Source: the human T2T-CHM13v2.0 reference genome, Homo sapiens. From it: DNA of 64,000 nt. Below, one piece after another: positions 57,714 through 64,000 of the stretch. The stretch's first letter is position 1, and every line of letters begins with the position of its first letter. A model generated the notes under the pieces. It was not told the DNA's origin, made no database searches, and saw only the letters and a program-made list of their open reading frames with translations. The translations under genes and the position numbers were made by a program. The DNA lies in NCBI RefSeq assembly GCF_009914755.1, contig NC_060945.1; one strand, given 5' to 3'.

Positions 57714-58389
57714 TTAGAAAAGGACTCATTAACCAAAGAGGGCAGAGCTCCTGCTGCGATGTAACCTCTTCCCCCACCAAGTGGCTGAGGCTCACTCATC
57801 TTACCCTTTTGCCTCTAGTGTGGAAGGAACTGAAGATAAGGCCACATGGTTCCAGGCTGATGGAGCTCGGCAGTGTTCAGAAGCAGCTGCTTTAAGGAAA
57901 GACCTGCTCTGGGGCCTCATGGATGGCATGAGTAGAGAGGAAAGAGAACATTCGAGAAAAAAGACATCATCAACATATCCTATGTGAGGCCGATGCGTTC
58001 TTTGCAACTTCAAGTGATGTTTTTGTGGGATCATTAGTCTATCCATCTGTAGCCATGCATCCAGCAAATTCAGTATCTGTCACATGGAAACACTATGCTA
58101 GGGGCCCAGAGGGGAGAAAATGAGTTTAAGGAACAGATAAAGATTTTGTCCCAGATACCAATCAATCATGAAAAAGGGGACTTCACTCCCTTTGTTTACG
58201 AAGGTCCATTTCAGTTTCCCTGTCTACTGCACACATTATATCACTGAGATGTTTGGCTTTCCTGAGAATCGAAGAACCCACTGGAAAATAGTGATGTCAT
58301 TCTGAAGGTAGTTTCTCAAAGTGTAGTCTATGCAGGAAGGAGCGGAGGGACAGTAGCTCTTCTTTATCTCAAGGGTCCTTTTGTTGGAC

Positions 58390-59073
<684 letters not shown>

Positions 59074-59405
59074 TATATTAACCAAAATTCTCCAGAGAAA
59101 CAGAATGGTTGGCAAACTGGAGACTTAAAAGAGCTGACGGTGAAATGACTTTCCAGCCCAAAGGTAATCAGGCAGGAAGGATTTCCTCTTACTTGGGGGA
59201 GGGTCAACCTTTTGTTCTCTTCAGGCCTCAACTGATTGGATGAGGCCCCACTCACATCAGGGAGGGCAATCTACTTTACTCAGTCCATCAGTTTAAATAT
59301 TAAACCTATCCAAAAACGCCTTTACAGAAACACCCAGAATAATGTTTGACTAAATACCTGGGCATTCTGGGATCCAGTGAAGTTGACATAAAATTAACCA
59401 TTACA
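59074..59405 (-). mobile_element. MLT2 LTR, internally deleted (3' LTR of an ERV-L)
   Basis: TTCTCCAGAGAAACAGAA...TCAGGCCTCAACTGATTGGATGAGGCCC...AAGTTGACATAAAATTAACCA. Confidence 0.9.
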
Positions 59406-61195
59406 AGTCCACCTGTTGTTAACTTGGAACACATACTCATCTCCTTAAGATGTATTTAATTAATCACCACATGAAGACAGTAGCAAGTTTATAATTCTGC
59501 CTGACATGATACAGCTTTCCTGCTTACAATAAAAAATGTGCTAACCCTTTCCCAAGAGGAGGAGATAAAGCCCTTGAGTAATGTTTACTCTTCTCCTTGA
59601 TAGTCTGTACTCAAAAACAGTGATATAAAACCAATACATTATATATTTCATGATAAAGGAATAATAGAAGGAAGAAAACACAGAAATTTGCCCTATATCT
59701 GTGTGCACATACATACACACAAGTAAATTCAGAACAAAATAAGGAGGAAATATTCATGACAATTACAGTCTTCATTTCCATAACAGGTCATGTAACCGTA
59801 ACTGCTATTTACAACTCCCTTTTCCCACTATTCATTATGTATTCTCTTTGCCTTCAGCAATCAGATCAGCTAGTCATGGTTCTTTACTTGGTGGAATAAT
59901 CCAAGCCTTCATTCCAGAAGGGTCTGGGCCACTACTAGTCCTGCCTGAAGTGGGTGGTTGTAGTTTCTCATTGACCTTAATGACAAGGCGTGGTAATACT
60001 AAAGACACTCTAAGGGATCTCCTATGTTCCAAACATACTCTTCCTTCCCTCCAAGTGGTCCCATTTCCCCTTACTCGTCAGGATCAATCACCCCTACCAG
60101 CAGAGTAACTCTCTTCTATGCCTGTTCATTTAGCATTATGAGGAGTACAAAGTGGGAGAATGGCAATCTTAAGTTCCAGTTCAATGAAATCATTGTGTGT
60201 CTCCTGGTAGAAGCATTCTTCCCTTCCCAGGAGCTGATATGGTTTGGCTGTGTTTCCACCCAAATCTTATCTTGAATTGTAACTCAAGATGAGATTTGGG
60301 TGGGGACACAATTCCCATGTGTCATGGGAGGAACCCAGTGGGAGGTGATTAAATTATGAGCGGCGGGTCTTTCCTGCACTGTTCTTATGATAGTGAATGA
60401 GTCTCAGGAGATATGATGGTTTTAAAAATGGGAGTTTCCCTGCACAGGCTCTCTCTCTTTCTTTGCCTGCTGCCATCCATGTAAGATGTTACTTGCTCCT
60501 CCTTGCCTTCTGCCATGATTGTGAGGCCTCCCCAGCCATGTGGAACTGTGAGTCCATTAAACCTCTTTCTTTTTTAAATTGCCCAGTCTTTATTAGCAGT
60601 GTTAAAACAGACTAATACAGTAAATGAGCTAAGACCTCTAGGCCAAAGGACATAAGGTCATCAGAGCAGAAAGCAAAGGTTTTACTAGTGGGTCACTAAG
60701 GCTAACAGTGAATGGTGCTATTTTCTCCCTTTGATTTGCAGGCCCATCAATTCTGGCTATGAGGAAAACAGGACCAGGTATTGGAAGCTGATTCAGAGCC
60801 TACACAGCCTTCTGGAGAATCTTACCCCAGCCCTACAAGATATTGCCACCTAGCTGACACTGTAACTGAGTCTTCAAAATGCCATTCCACTGTTTTACCA
60901 AACCAGTTGTTTCAAGATGGAGGGAAACATAAGACCAGTGAATTCCACGAGCATGGGCCCACTGCAGCACTTCATTTGCTGTGAAGTGAGTTCCTTGATC
61001 AGAAGCAGTTTTTTTATGGAATACCATGATGGTGGATAGGGCAATTCTTTAAGTCCATGGATGGTAGTTTTGGCCAGAAGCATTGCATGCAGGGAAGACA
61101 AATCTGTATCTATGCCATCTATTCCAGTAAGAAAAAACACTACTTCTTCCACGATGGAAGTGGTCCAATGTAATCAACCTGCCACCAGGTCAATC
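59406..61195 (-). pseudogene. ERV-L internal fragment with integrase remnant
   Basis: Minus-strand translations give WQVDYIGPLPSW (about 61150-61185), LTGID, and SDQGTHFTANEVLQWAHARGIHWSY...WNGILKTQL (ORF 60833-61027), the retroviral integrase core. Confidence 0.9.
60235..60619 (+). mobile_element. THE1 (A/B-like) LTR nested in the ERV-L
   Basis: TGATATGGTTTGGCTGTG...CCTCCCCAGCCATGTGGAACTGTGAGTCCATTAAACCTC...GACTAATACA. Confidence 0.95.
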
Positions 61196-61336
61196 ACCTG
61201 GTTGGTCTGACTTGGCAATAGGTCTTGATATTGAATGAGTCAATAAGGATACATAACTGTTACTATTCACAAATTTTAAGAAACTACTTTGACAGCTATA
61301 TTTCAATATAATTGCCTTTAACAGAACAAATCCACT

Positions 61337-61670
<334 letters not shown>

Positions 61671-62399
61671 AGCAAATTATTGGTAAAATACTGGATGTAT
61701 CTTGTCTTTGATTACAATTATAGATTAATTTAGAATGAGGCAATATCTTTTGTATTTTCTTACTGGCTAGGCAATCGGGAATAGTCTTCTATAAGTGGTG
61801 CTAACAAGACTATTTTATTTTTCTTTTCTCTCCACTCAGCCATGTCCCCAATATTTTGGACCTGAGGTATGAAAATAAGTACCTTATTTCTACTCCCCCC
61901 AATTGTTCTATTGAATCTAGTTCTACTGAAATAATTACATCTCTGTTGCTGCATTCCAATCATGAGCTTGATTGTAATCTCAGCATTTTAGGCACAGTAG
62001 AACAAGGAAGAGCTTTCCATCAGAAGTGATCGCAGGAGACACTGTTCATTAGTTCAACTACTATTTTTCAGAGCACACCCTGAAAGTCAGGAGTAATACC
62101 AGGTAATTTAGGGCTTCAAGAATGGATGAAACATGGCTACAACAGTAAAGGAGCTTAACCAAGCAAGAGAGACAGGCATGTAGAAGGCCCTGGGAACCCA
62201 GAAAATGGAGCAGGAGACTCTGTCTGGCACAAGGAAGGTGGCTTTATGGATGGAGGTACATTTACACCTGGTCTGTAAGAATGGGTATGGTTTCGCATAG
62301 TAGAAAAGGGACAAGGGAGAAAGACTGGATACAAAAGAAGGGGATTAGTGGTGGAGCAATTACAATTAGAGGAGGCAATAAAAGGAGTGGGGACATAGT

Positions 62400-63760
<1,361 letters not shown>

Positions 63761-64000
63761 GTTTTCGGGTTGGTTTATTGCAATATTGCAGTTGGTGCTC
63801 CTTGTGACTGTGAGATAGTCAAGGCTAGCGAAAGGTAATATACCCAAGGTAGAGTTTGTTCAAATCTATTTGGTTAGATATGGGCCAAGCCATAGCCTTG
63901 GCTTCCTGACCACTAAGCTCTCAGCCACCTAAGAAGCCGTCTTCTTCTGAAGCCCATTCCTATCAAGAGCCTATTCCTATCATTTGGTACGACGGTGAGC

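Overview
Primate genomic DNA, very probably human: CpG-depleted, AT-rich, with 15 Alus (AluJ/S/Y-type), L1, L2, MIR, MaLR/ERVL LTRs and MER DNA transposons. There are no prokaryotic features (no operons, CRISPR, rRNA or tRNA). Nearly all track ORFs are noise from Alu, L1, ERV or microsatellites. The main unique feature is a ~5 kb block with no recognisable repeats (about 47370-52375). It begins at a strong minus-strand splice acceptor and reads like the terminal exon and long 3'UTR of a gene whose upstream exons lie beyond the right edge; I could not name the gene. Other landmarks are a full-length dead L1PB (23027-29616) carrying a nested THE1 LTR, and a nested stack at 58.3-61.7 kb (hAT element, Alus, MLT2/ERV-L, and a THE1 with a fold-back duplication). 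Two motif-dense candidate enhancers lie at ~9.1-9.6 kb and ~41.6-42.0 kb, and there are a few candidate spliced exons and hairpins. Repeat subfamily names come from my recall of consensus sequences and need RepeatMasker/Dfam confirmation. I did not find convincing evidence of a new biological system; the findings are ranked leads.
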